64,000 nt of DNA from a bacterium (GTDB taxonomy: Bacteria > Armatimonadota > Zipacnadia > Zipacnadales > Zipacnadaceae): assembly GCA_030603495.1 (NCBI GenBank), contig JAUVXR010000002.1, forward strand, positions 75,836 through 139,835, in the 5' to 3' direction. The position numbers and the translations under genes are program-made. Shown here piece after piece: positions 8,179 to 16,868 of the stretch; the stretch's first letter is position 1; each line of letters starts with the position of its first letter. The notes beneath the pieces were generated by a model. The model searched no databases and was not told where the DNA came from. It worked only from the letters and a program-made list of their open reading frames with translations.

Positions 8179-9438
8179 CTATGGTAACACAGGCGCGGAA
8201 CCGGGTGTCAGGGTTATCAAGGCCCCGTAGCTGAGGAGGTTGTCCGGAAAGGCCCCCATCCCGGCCCGCAGTGCCGCCTCGTCACCCGCAAGTTTCTCGG
8301 CCGTCCGTTGGAACTCATCTGCGGCCGACTTGCCTCCGGCCGCCCCTGTCTCGCGGCAGATCTGGGCCATCAAGAACCACGGGCCCGGCGCCTGGGGGAT
8401 CTGTTCCGTCGCCTGACGGAGAAGCGACAGGGCCTTCTGGACCCGCTTCTGGCGGTAGGCCAGGTACCCTCGCTCCTGAAGGAATATGAACCGGTAGCCC
8501 GGGGACAGGTCCCTAACGTTCAGGCCGGCGCGATACCGCTCTTCCGCCTCGGCGGGCTTCCCCGTGGCCGCCAGCGAGTAGCCGTAGAGGTAGTACTCCG
8601 CCGCTTGCTGATTCGGGGTCCGCGGCGGGTATGCCGACGTCGTCGCTAGAGATGGCCGGGCGCCGTCCTTTGGTGTGAGGACGCAGCACATACGGTCGGC
8701 GGCAGACCACATCGCCTCGAAGTCGTCGTAAGGCACCTCCCAGGCGGGGCCGAACACTGGATCGTGGACGATGACCACGCGGCGAGCCGGGTCAAGACCG
8801 ACCACCACGCGCACACAGCGCGTCGCGATCTCGTGGAGAGGGTTCATCGGGAAGGACTCGCCGATCTTGCGGTGCACATCCAGGCCCACCATGCGGCCCA
8901 CAATCCGCGACGAGTAGTCCTGGGAGTCAAGGTCCTGCAGGGTCACGCCGAATTGGGCTCCTGCGCCGATTAGCATCTCGAAGATGCCGTAGAGTTCATG
9001 TGCGTAGGGCGTGTTTGCAGTGACGACAAGCACGGGATTGCCAGCGGACAGGAGAGCACGAAGCTCGTCGAGAGTCTTGCCGTCTCCCCATTCCTCTCGC
9101 AGCGGTCCATTCTGCTCGTCGGTAGCCTTGAGGTAGTCTTCCCACGTCTTGGCATCCGGCCGGTGGTAGCGAAGCACCATCATGTGTGCTGCGCGGGAGG
9201 AGGGGTGGTACAAGATCAGCGCGGGATGCTCGATTGCGCAGCCTTCTTTGATGGAAATGAAAGGTACGCCTCCGACGAGCACCGGTGCGGGGGCTTCGGC
9301 GGGCGGTGGGTCGGCAAAGACCACCATTGAAGTGCCCAAAGGTCCCAGCGCCAGCACGGTCAGAGCGAGGAGGCACGGCAGGCCCCACCGGTGCGAAGCC
9401 GAGCCGAAGCCCTGATTCAATGTTGTTGTCGACTGCAT
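8179..9438 (-). CDS. Exported peptidase C39-like domain plus TPR protein
   Basis: GVPFIS, MVLRY, GNPVLV, RVVVGLD, VHDP, F...W pattern of the C39-like fold; C-terminal TPR helices. Confidence 0.7.
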   Translation of the reverse strand: MQSTTTLNQGFGSASHRWGLPCLLALTVLALGPLGTSMVVFADPPPAEAPAPVLVGGVPFISIKEGCAIEHPALILYHPSSRAAHMMVLRYHRPDAKTWEDYLKATDEQNGPLREEWGDGKTLDELRALLSAGNPVLVVTANTPYAHELYGIFEMLIGAGAQFGVTLQDLDSQDYSSRIVGRMVGLDVHRKIGESFPMNPLHEIATRCVRVVVGLDPARRVVIVHDPVFGPAWEVPYDDFEAMWSAADRMCCVLTPKDGARPSLATTSAYPPRTPNQQAAEYYLYGYSLAATGKPAEAEERYRAGLNVRDLSPGYRFIFLQERGYLAYRQKRVQKALSLLRQATEQIPQAPGPWFLMAQICRETGAAGGKSAADEFQRTAEKLAGDEAALRAGMGAFPDNLLSYGALITLTPGSAPVLP

Positions 9439-9558
9439 ATGTACCCCTCCTTGGAGTGCGAGCGGAGAGAGCACCGCCCGTCCTCAGCGGGAATTAGCCA
9501 TATGGTTCATTGTCAGTGATAGCGTTCTCCGAGTGACCCGGGAATTCTTGGGGCACGC

Positions 9559-9581
9559 CTCAGCAGCTCCTCACCCAGCCC
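9559..9581 (-). repeat. Short remnant copy of DUF2254 gene 3' segment
   Basis: ctcagcagctcctcacccagccc matches 10841-10863 at 22/23 nt. Confidence 0.75.
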
Positions 9582-9645
9582 CGCCGGCAGCCCCATTCAG
9601 TTTACTCGCTGGGTGGCTCCAGCAGTCCCCGGCCCGACCAACAAC

Positions 9646-10185
9646 TCAACTTCCCCCGGTTCGGACAAACCTCTTATAGCCCAGGGCAATCGTCACGATC
9701 AGGCCAACCCCCACGGGGATGACGGCGGTTTTCGGGCTATGAGCGAAACCCAAGCCTATACTGAAGATAAGCGTAAACAACCCGCCCAACAACAGGCCTT
9801 CGGCGATCACCGGCAGGCTGCTGGCGAACCCGACGCCAACCGCCATCACCAGCACAGAGATGAGCAGCGACAGCAGGGAGACATTCCGGGCACGTCTCTC
9901 GGTCTTGTCCGAGAGAGCCTCGTGGAGCTCCTCCCGTTTCTCTTGCTCGGCCTCATACCTTTTCAGCGAGGTCTCATAGTCCTGAAGCTTGGCTCGTTTC
10001 TGGGCAGCACTCAACCCCTCAAGGTCTAATGCTGTGGGTTTGTCTGGCGGCGACTCATACCGGGGCACACCTGCATACTCCGATTCCCAGTCCGGGGCCG
10101 GGTATAAGGCCGCCATGGCCCACGCCACAAACAGCACTAGCAGCACGCCGAGGAAAATGCAGTACAATACTTTGATTACCATCAC
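9646..10185 (-). CDS. Hypothetical membrane protein
   Basis: N-terminal TM, coiled linker, three C-terminal TMs. Confidence 0.75.
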   Translation of the reverse strand: MMVIKVLYCIFLGVLLVLFVAWAMAALYPAPDWESEYAGVPRYESPPDKPTALDLEGLSAAQKRAKLQDYETSLKRYEAEQEKREELHEALSDKTERRARNVSLLSLLISVLVMAVGVGFASSLPVIAEGLLLGGLFTLIFSIGLGFAHSPKTAVIPVGVGLIVTIALGYKRFVRTGGS

Positions 10186-10260
10186 TTCGCCCCCCTTGAA
10201 TCTGAGAGATTGTCGCCAGCACCCACTACTTTCGCCGCGCTGGACGCAAGGTCCTGCTGC

Positions 10261-10401
10261 TCAGCCGGGGGCCGGCAACTGCTTGAAAAATTCGCGGAGG
10301 GGGGGACGCAGGTCGGGGTCAAGGTAATCGAAGTTCACGCCCCGGTCGGTAATCTCCCCGAACTCCGGCTCGGTCACGCTCAGCAGCTCCTCGCCCAGCC
10401 C
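10261..10401 (-). repeat. 141-bp direct repeat of the DUF2254 gene 3' end (10723-10863)
   Basis: Ungapped alignment with about 10 mismatches by eye, including the stop codon. Confidence 0.95.
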
Positions 10402-10490
10402 CCGATTGTCCTGTCGCTGCCGCCTAGTTGTCAAGGTTCACGGATTGGTCTCATTGTTTCACCTCCTTCCTGTCTTTGTGAACCGTTACC

Positions 10491-10580
10491 TCAGTGTTTA
10501 CGCTTGCGCTCCCGCTCCTGCTTCTGTTCTTCACGTCGTTTCTTTGCCCTTTTCACTCTCTTCGCGCCCTTGCCTGCCAC
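10491..10580 (-). CDS. Putative 29-aa highly basic peptide
   Basis: GAGGTG SD then GTG: MAGKGAKRVKRAKKRREEQKQERERKRKH*. Confidence 0.4.
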   Translation of the reverse strand: MAGKGAKRVKRAKKRREEQKQERERKRKH

Positions 10581-10722
10581 TGCTCTCACCTCAATTCGTC
10601 GGCCACAGTTAAGTACAACATCAGACCTACCCAAACGACACCTCAGAAGTAATAGCTGCGTATAATCGCTTTCATAACCGGCAACCCCCTTCCGCTTCTT
10701 TCCGCCCGAAAGCCCCTGCTCA

Positions 10723-12258
10723 TCAGCCGGACGGCGGCAACTGCTTGAGCAATTCGCGGAGGGGAGGGCGTAGGTCGGGGTCAAGGTAATCGAAGTTCAC
10801 GCCCCGGTCGGTAATCTCCCAGAACTCCGGCTCGGTCACACTCAGCAGCTCCTCGCCCAGCCCAACAAGGACATCAGGCTCAACCTGGCGCAGAGCCGCC
10901 TGTACCTGCTCCTGCAACGACTCGGCCCCTGCGGACAGATAGAAAGCGCCCAGCGCCAGCCACATCTTGTATACACCCGCCAGCGCCTGGCTGAAACCTC
11001 GCCTCTGCAGCGCCCCGCCCAACGATAGGAAAGCCGCGAGCAGATCAGCAGTCAGCGGGCAGTCCTGTTGATAGGCCACGCGATTGAGGACTTGCAAGTC
11101 ATAGGCTACCGTCTCGGCGACGAACTGCACCCCCTGGCCCTCCGCGACGGGGGCATAGTAGCACAGATGCTGGCTGATGCGGACGGCCAGTTCCGGCCGG
11201 GAGTCTACCAGGTATTCAGCGAGGCTGCGATACTCGGCCAGCAGATTATAGATGATACCCTTTTGCCGGCTATTTATCGCCTCGCGCAGGAAGGTGTTGA
11301 AGTGCTTCACCACCAGCTCTACCACGGTATCATCGCCGGCGGACAGAGCGCTTTCCCCCAGACGCCGGGCGCTTACTGCTACCGCCGTCGCCACCTCCCG
11401 AGAGCCTCCCAGAGACGAGCTGAAGATGCCCTGCAGCTCGCGGAGCACCTTGACCTCCACCCAACTGCGTTCCTGCTCAATGCGGCTGACATACTCCTCG
11501 GAGGGGCCCAGGAAAATGCCCGGCTCAACGATGAACCACTGCTGGGGCTGCTGCGGCTTGCGCTCAAGGCAGTTCGCCGAAATATCCATCAGCGCCCAGA
11601 CGCTGCTGAGCGCGACGCTGGTGTCGTTAATGCGCAGAGAGCCTTTGGCAATATCGCTGATCTGCTCCAGGCTCTGGCTGAACCGCAGCTTGGGACTGCC
11701 CTCGGGAGTCGCCCTGCGGGGGGCCTGCTTCAGACAGCCCAGGGCACGCGATTTTATCTTGCTAATGATGCTGGTGGGCGCCAGGAAACTAAACACGAAG
11801 AAGATGTACGGGATCAGAGAGGCCAGACAGACCGTCATCAATATCAAGCACGTCAGGATCCCGAAGCGCGGGCCAAAATCTGGGGTTATCGTGTTGGCGA
11901 CATAGAAACAGTAGATGATGGTGGATATGAAGACCGCCAGGAGTAGCAGGTTGGCCTTCGCCTCGATAAACAGGTCAATCAGCTTGGGGGTGTAACGGCT
12001 GGCGGTAAGCTCGACGACGATCAGGGCCAGAGTTATGGTGATAGCCAGCACGGTGCTAAGTGCACAGGCGATAGAGGTGAGGGTGTAGCGAGCGGTAGAT
12101 GGGTCGGCCGCCAGCGACGATTCCGCAAAGTTGCCCGGGAGTTGCTGGCGGGCCAGGTCAACGGTCTGAATCACCGAGAACAATGCGACAACTACCACCA
12201 CAATGACAATTGGCACAACTTTGGCCAGCCAGCGGATGCGATGTGATAGGCCTCTCAT
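10723..12258 (-). CDS. DUF2254-family membrane protein
   Basis: Four N-terminal TMs with 'VELTASRYTPKL' motif, then a helical cytoplasmic domain. Confidence 0.8.
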   Translation of the reverse strand: MRGLSHRIRWLAKVVPIVIVVVVVALFSVIQTVDLARQQLPGNFAESSLAADPSTARYTLTSIACALSTVLAITITLALIVVELTASRYTPKLIDLFIEAKANLLLLAVFISTIIYCFYVANTITPDFGPRFGILTCLILMTVCLASLIPYIFFVFSFLAPTSIISKIKSRALGCLKQAPRRATPEGSPKLRFSQSLEQISDIAKGSLRINDTSVALSSVWALMDISANCLERKPQQPQQWFIVEPGIFLGPSEEYVSRIEQERSWVEVKVLRELQGIFSSSLGGSREVATAVAVSARRLGESALSAGDDTVVELVVKHFNTFLREAINSRQKGIIYNLLAEYRSLAEYLVDSRPELAVRISQHLCYYAPVAEGQGVQFVAETVAYDLQVLNRVAYQQDCPLTADLLAAFLSLGGALQRRGFSQALAGVYKMWLALGAFYLSAGAESLQEQVQAALRQVEPDVLVGLGEELLSVTEPEFWEITDRGVNFDYLDPDLRPPLRELLKQLPPSG

Positions 12259-12374
12259 TGCTTCACCCTTATAAGCAAAAATGCGGCGTTCCTATCACGG
12301 TTCGCCGCAGAGCGGAGCATTACCTACCTTAATCAGAGCGAAGAACCGACTGGCTGGGTCGGTTCACCAAAGAT

Positions 12375-12450
12375 TGGAGGCGGCGGCCGGAATCGAACCG
12401 GCGAATAGCGGTTTTGCAGACCGCTGCCTTAACCACTTGGCTACGCCGCC
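12375..12450 (-). tRNA. tRNA-Cys(GCA)
   Basis: GGCGGCGTAGCCAAGTGG...CTGCAAA...GGTTCGATTCC...CCA. Confidence 0.95.
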
Positions 12451-12460
12451 CCCGAAATAT

Positions 12461-12536
12461 TGGAGCGGAAGAGGAGATTCGAACTCCCGACCTTCTGCTT
12501 GGCAAGCAGATGCTCTACCAACTGAGCTACTTCCGC
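12461..12536 (-). tRNA. tRNA-Gly(GCC)
   Basis: GCGGAAGTAGCTCAGTTGG...TTGCCAA...GTTCGAATC...CCA. Confidence 0.95.
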
Positions 12537-12554
12537 ACTTGGTTTTCAACGAAT

Positions 12555-12630
12555 TGGAGCGGGAAAGGGGATTCGAACCCCCGACCCTCAGCTTGGGAAG
12601 CTGATGCTCTACCAACTGAGCTATTCCCGC
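12555..12630 (-). tRNA. tRNA-Gly(CCC)
   Basis: GCGGGAATAGCTCAGTTGG...TTCCCAA...GTTCGAATC...CCA. Confidence 0.95.
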
Positions 12631-12664
12631 CCATCGCCACCCGCCGTTACGCCCTTGCCCTTGT

Positions 12665-12712
12665 CCTGTCGTTGAGCCTGTTGTTGAACCTGTCGTTGCA
12701 CCTGCCGTCAAA
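12665..12712. repeat. 4 x 12-bp imperfect tandem repeat in tRNA spacer
   Basis: cctgtcgttgag cctgttgttgaa cctgtcgttgca cctgccgtcaaa. Confidence 0.7.
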
Positions 12713-12788
12713 TGGTGGGCGGTGCAGGGCTTGAACCTGCGACCTCTTCCGTGTGAGGAAAGCGCTCTCCCGGCTGAGCTAACCGCCC
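12713..12788 (-). tRNA. tRNA-Val(CAC)
   Basis: GGGCGGTTAGCTCAGCCGG...CTCACAC...GGTTCAAGCC...CCA. Confidence 0.95.
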
Positions 12789-12810
12789 ACTTTGCCGGTC
12801 ATACTCTAGC

Positions 12811-12898
12811 TGGTGCCGAGGGCGGGATTCGAACCCGCACGAACCTTGCGGTCACTAGCCCCTCAAGCTAGCGTGTCTGCCAATTCCACCACCTCGGC
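12811..12898 (-). tRNA. tRNA-Leu(GAG)
   Basis: GCCGAGGTGGTGGAATTGGCAGACAC...TTGAGGG...GGTTCGAATCC...CCA; long variable arm. Confidence 0.95.
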
Positions 12899-12907
12899 GC
12901 ACCCCAA

Positions 12908-12936
12908 AGTATACCTCTCACGACCGGATTAGTCAA
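12908..12936 (-). promoter_or_regulatory. sigma70 promoter of the tRNA operon
   Basis: TTGACT-N17-TATACT about 10 nt upstream of tRNA-Leu. Confidence 0.8.
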
Positions 12937-13334
12937 GCTACGAGATGCGAATCTAGGCCCGGTCGGCAGACTCCGATAACGCGGAAATATACTTGTCATC
13001 ATGACGTCCAGGAAGAAGCTTTGCTCGGCACGCGCAGGCCCAGTGGCAGGTAGGTAAAGACACCGGAGGTCAGCGGGCGGACGAACCCGCCGCGCACCAG
13101 CAGCTTATGACTGGGGATTTCCGCTTCCGCCGGCGTCGGATGGTGCGAGCTGCGGATCGGGGAGCAGTAGACCTGTCCGGGGCGCTTCCCGCCGCCACGT
13201 CGCCACGTTGACCAGGCAGAATGTGGGTCGGCCTGGCGACTCCTTGTGAGGAAAGTAAGTCATCACAGCTCCCTCGCCATCTTCCGCCAACTTAGAGCAA
13301 GAGATTCGGCGGCTCGTTCAAAGCATTCGCTGCG

Positions 13335-14540
13335 CTAGCTGCTTCCTTGCCAAACGCGCTCGAGGACGAACCCCCTCGCAGCGTGAAGCGCAGACAAAGC
13401 AGAGCGATTGACATCGATGAAGTTGCCAAAATCGCGATCTTGTTCACGCACGCCGAGACGGTGAAGCTGGTCTATCTCTGCCTGAGCGTCGTCAAGCAAA
13501 GCAAGGTGGGCCTCGAACGTCTCTCTGTACGAGCCCCTTGAAGCTAGGGAGCATTGCCTGTGCAGGCACTGCAAGTAGTGTCGATACGATTGCTGCTCAG
13601 AATAGTCTGTAGACGTTGGCTGAGCACCAGAGAAAAGCACGTCAGCATAGTCTGAGCCGAGGTCCACGTCGGGCCGAAGCGAATCGAGCGCGCCATCCCT
13701 GTAGGCTATGTCCAGGAAAGGCACTTTGAATTCGGACAACGCTTGCGGACAGTAGTACCACTTTGCCTTGCGCTTTATGTCGCCAGGTTGACGCTCGTGA
13801 AACTTCTCAGGCGCGAACGAACGCACATTAAGCCAAGTGCCGGATGCGATAGCGTCCACGCGTGCTGTAGCGAGGCAGAGCATCTGATGGCTGCCATAAC
13901 CGAGGAGCACGTCCTTGTCTTGCAGCTTCAACCCAGCGCACAGAATCAGGAGATTGCCGAGCCACATTGAGTCGTCAACTAGGTATTGGGTCGCTGGATG
14001 CTCTGGGACGATGTAAACTCCGCCTACATCCCAGGCTTCGGCGGCATTTAGTGCCATCTCAATCTGATCCTCGAATCGGAGTGCTTCAGCGGAAAGGCAC
14101 AACGTTGCAATGCGAGGCCTATCGGTTACCAGATTTGCGGCCTCGTCGATGACCGTGCTCTGCACCGCCAACCAGTCATCATCGACACGTTCACCATAGA
14201 GTCCCGGGACCACGAATCTGTCCGCACACGCTGAGTCGTTCAAAGCCAGAAGACGCTGCAACAAGTCAACGAGGGCCGAACCTCCATCCAACATGCTTGT
14301 GGCGAAGTCGTCAGGCCAATAGTCGTGATTGACAAGTCGATGATGCGTCGCTCGTGGCTCGAAGAACTGCGGATCCAGAAGGTTGCGGCCTCCGCATTTC
14401 ACAATTTCTGAACCGAAGTGTTGGATCTGCTTGCGGGTCAGATCGCGAGGGCTTAGGATTACCGTAGCCTCTTCCCAACGCTCCAGCAGATGGCGGCAGT
14501 GTGCCATCATCCCATAGCCGAGCTGAAGGTAGAGTTCCAC
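13335..14540 (-). CDS. Hypothetical 401-aa protein, possible TIM-barrel (T4 beta-protein/sce7725-like)
   Basis: GGAGG SD; alternating beta/alpha pattern, ILSPRD, LLDPQFF, KWYY motifs; family assignment is inference. Confidence 0.75.
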   Translation of the reverse strand: MELYLQLGYGMMAHCRHLLERWEEATVILSPRDLTRKQIQHFGSEIVKCGGRNLLDPQFFEPRATHHRLVNHDYWPDDFATSMLDGGSALVDLLQRLLALNDSACADRFVVPGLYGERVDDDWLAVQSTVIDEAANLVTDRPRIATLCLSAEALRFEDQIEMALNAAEAWDVGGVYIVPEHPATQYLVDDSMWLGNLLILCAGLKLQDKDVLLGYGSHQMLCLATARVDAIASGTWLNVRSFAPEKFHERQPGDIKRKAKWYYCPQALSEFKVPFLDIAYRDGALDSLRPDVDLGSDYADVLFSGAQPTSTDYSEQQSYRHYLQCLHRQCSLASRGSYRETFEAHLALLDDAQAEIDQLHRLGVREQDRDFGNFIDVNRSALSALHAARGFVLERVWQGSS

Positions 14541-14552
14541 GAGCTTGCCTCC

Positions 14553-15422
14553 TTAACTCTCGTCCAGGTTCATTACCGCGCATATCGCGTCAAACCACTG
14601 CTTGGCCTGAGCGGCCGACGGCGGGCGCCGAGAGGGGTACTCATCCATCAGCACGGCAAAGAAGCCGCCCAATTGATTCTCTGGATCTTCGGGAATCTCA
14701 AGCGCCGGAGTGGTCATCTTTTCGGTTCTGCGCAGTATGTCCAATTGATCTCTAGCCCCGTCTGCGAAAGGATGCACGCCCAAAAGACATTCGTACGCCA
14801 CCACGCCAATCGCGAACAGGTCCGCACGGATGTCGATCTTCTTCTTCAGATTGCGGAATTGCTCAGGAGCAGCGTATCCTGGTGTGTGAGGGCCGAACTG
14901 CGCTTCTGTCGGCGTTATGGACGTCTTGGCAAGATGCCGGGCGATCCCGAAGTCCAGAAGCCTAAAAGACGCATCTGGGCAAACCATGATGTTTTCCGGC
15001 TTAATGTCTCGATGGACTATTTTCTGTTCCTCCATCGCCACAGCCGCCTCAAGCAATACCCTGACCAGTTTCAGAACGGTCGGCGTGCAGAGCCTCTGCT
15101 TTGCCTTTAGCTCGTTCCGAAGCGTCACGCCTTCGATGAACTCCTCAACGATGTAGACAGCGCAACCGTCGACACGCTCAAATGCTCCCGAACCATATAA
15201 CCGTGCTGTATTGGGGATTTCACACACTGTTGCCACTTCGACCTCACGTTCCAGTCTCAGTCGTTCGTCGGAATCCGACTCCGGCAGGACCTTTATCACA
15301 ACCTTGCCATGGTCCTCGTGCACGCCATAGAAAACTGTCCTCTGTCCGCCGCGATCCAGTAGAGTAACCGCGCTAGTCTTGGGAATATTGGCCTCAACCT
15401 CCTGGGCGTTCATCTCTTGCAT
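14553..15422 (-). CDS. Soluble Hanks-type Ser/Thr protein kinase
   Basis: GGQxTV, VIK, HRDIKPEN, DFG, TPGYAAPEQ, DLFAIG motifs; no TM or sensor domain. Confidence 0.92.
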   Translation of the reverse strand: MQEMNAQEVEANIPKTSAVTLLDRGGQRTVFYGVHEDHGKVVIKVLPESDSDERLRLEREVEVATVCEIPNTARLYGSGAFERVDGCAVYIVEEFIEGVTLRNELKAKQRLCTPTVLKLVRVLLEAAVAMEEQKIVHRDIKPENIMVCPDASFRLLDFGIARHLAKTSITPTEAQFGPHTPGYAAPEQFRNLKKKIDIRADLFAIGVVAYECLLGVHPFADGARDQLDILRRTEKMTTPALEIPEDPENQLGGFFAVLMDEYPSRRPPSAAQAKQWFDAICAVMNLDES

Positions 15423-15434
15423 GGATTTCCCCCG

Positions 15435-16172
15435 TTAACTGCTCTGAAGACGCCGGCCTATCCATTCGTTGAACAGCCATGAGCCATAGGAAGCGGGAAT
15501 GTGGCCCTTTCGAGCGCTCTCCAGGCGACGCACTCGACCGCCGTTGAGCAGTAGTATCCCCACGCCGGTTCGACGTGAACGGTCCAAAGCCGTACCGCTG
15601 GGGCTCTCGATGGGCGACAGGACATAGGATTGTGACGCGAACCACTGGTCAAGCTGGGCTTGCCGAAAAGCATTGCGCCAGTTCTTCATTTTCGCTTCCA
15701 CAGCCACAATTGAACGGAGACCGAACACCCATTTGAGGGGCTTGGGCATCCATTTGCCTCCCGATCGCGTGATCATATTGGCATCAAGGAGCCTCTCCAG
15801 CGTGCCCAGAAGTGTTCTTGGGTCGACACCAAGCGCGCCAATCAACATGCGCACATCGGCACCCTTCACACCCACAAGATGATGCATCACCTTGAGATCC
15901 ACTGGCTTGAGTTCTAGTCGTGTCGCTGGCCAGCGAAAGGCCCTTGGCATATATTGGACAGCAACAAGATCAGGGAATCCACTGTCCATCTGAGGCTCAT
16001 GGAAAAGCGCTACATCGCCCTTCTGCCACCGGAAGCAAGCAGGGACAAACTCCTTGAAGTCCTCAACTAGCTCAGCTTCGGGTCCCGCTGCCCCGTTGCG
16101 GGCCGCGAGGCCAATGCCGGGATTGCTTCCCCGGAATTCGATGATGTTCATCATCAGCTCCTTCTTTACCAT
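15435..16172 (-). CDS. PD-(D/E)xK nuclease-fold protein with inserted winged HTH (MmcB/sce7726-like)
   Basis: E...FPDLV...[wHTH: LGVDPRTLLGTLERLLDANMI]...VEAKMKNW..AFRQA....FASQSYV...GVGIL. Confidence 0.7.
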   Translation of the reverse strand: MVKKELMMNIIEFRGSNPGIGLAARNGAAGPEAELVEDFKEFVPACFRWQKGDVALFHEPQMDSGFPDLVAVQYMPRAFRWPATRLELKPVDLKVMHHLVGVKGADVRMLIGALGVDPRTLLGTLERLLDANMITRSGGKWMPKPLKWVFGLRSIVAVEAKMKNWRNAFRQAQLDQWFASQSYVLSPIESPSGTALDRSRRTGVGILLLNGGRVRRLESARKGHIPASYGSWLFNEWIGRRLQSS

Positions 16173-16320
16173 AGCACTCCTATTTATGGCTTGTCAACAC
16201 GCAGGTAACGTACACCCAGACGCCTGACATATACGGAAATCTGGTCAGTCAGCGACGCAGCACCACTACGGCGACTATAGCGACCGTCGGGCAACTACTC
16301 AAGGCCAATCACTTCCCGCC

Positions 16321-16815
16321 AGGAACCGCGCCAGTCTGGCGGTCGTCTGCACCAATAGGGCGGTTGCGTACGCTCTGCCAAATGGCGCACCGACTCTGGC
16401 AGCCGAGCCCTATTATCCGTTTGATCAAGCTGCAATGTGGTTCCCCCAGCATGGCGTCTCGCAGGCTGTCATAGGGCTTTCCTCCTTTTGGCAAACGCCC
16501 CTTGAATCGTATCTTCTCATGTTCGAGTTGCCCAAGCAACTGAAGGTATACACTCCCCAGTCAAGCAGCAGGTACCACCCTCGCGCAGCCTGGGGACTCG
16601 AAGAGCTCAGGGACAGGTGTAACCAAGGTGCAGTTGACTATTTGATAGCACCCGACCTATCGGGTTTGAGCTTTCCCTGGACGGACCCTAGATTCCGGAT
16701 CATCAACCCGAGAGAAATCGCTCTTCTTGCGTCCGACCAAGCCAAGGGCTTCACCTATGTCACTACGTTCTCTGCCCACGGCAGGAGCCTGATCTTGTGC
16801 CGCGTTGACAAATAG
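16321..16815 (+). pseudogene. Probable 3' remnant of a gene truncated at the island border
   Basis: Frame stays open well upstream of ATG 16435 (..AVAYALPNGAPTLAAEPYYPFDQAAMW..) with no start or SD. Confidence 0.35.
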
Positions 16816-16868
16816 CCACGGACGCAAGCTGAGTCACTGGGCAATGCCCTTTGGCCGGCGAGACGCAG

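Noticed and set aside
12281-12734. ORFs across the tRNA cluster
   Set aside because: They are translations of tRNA genes.
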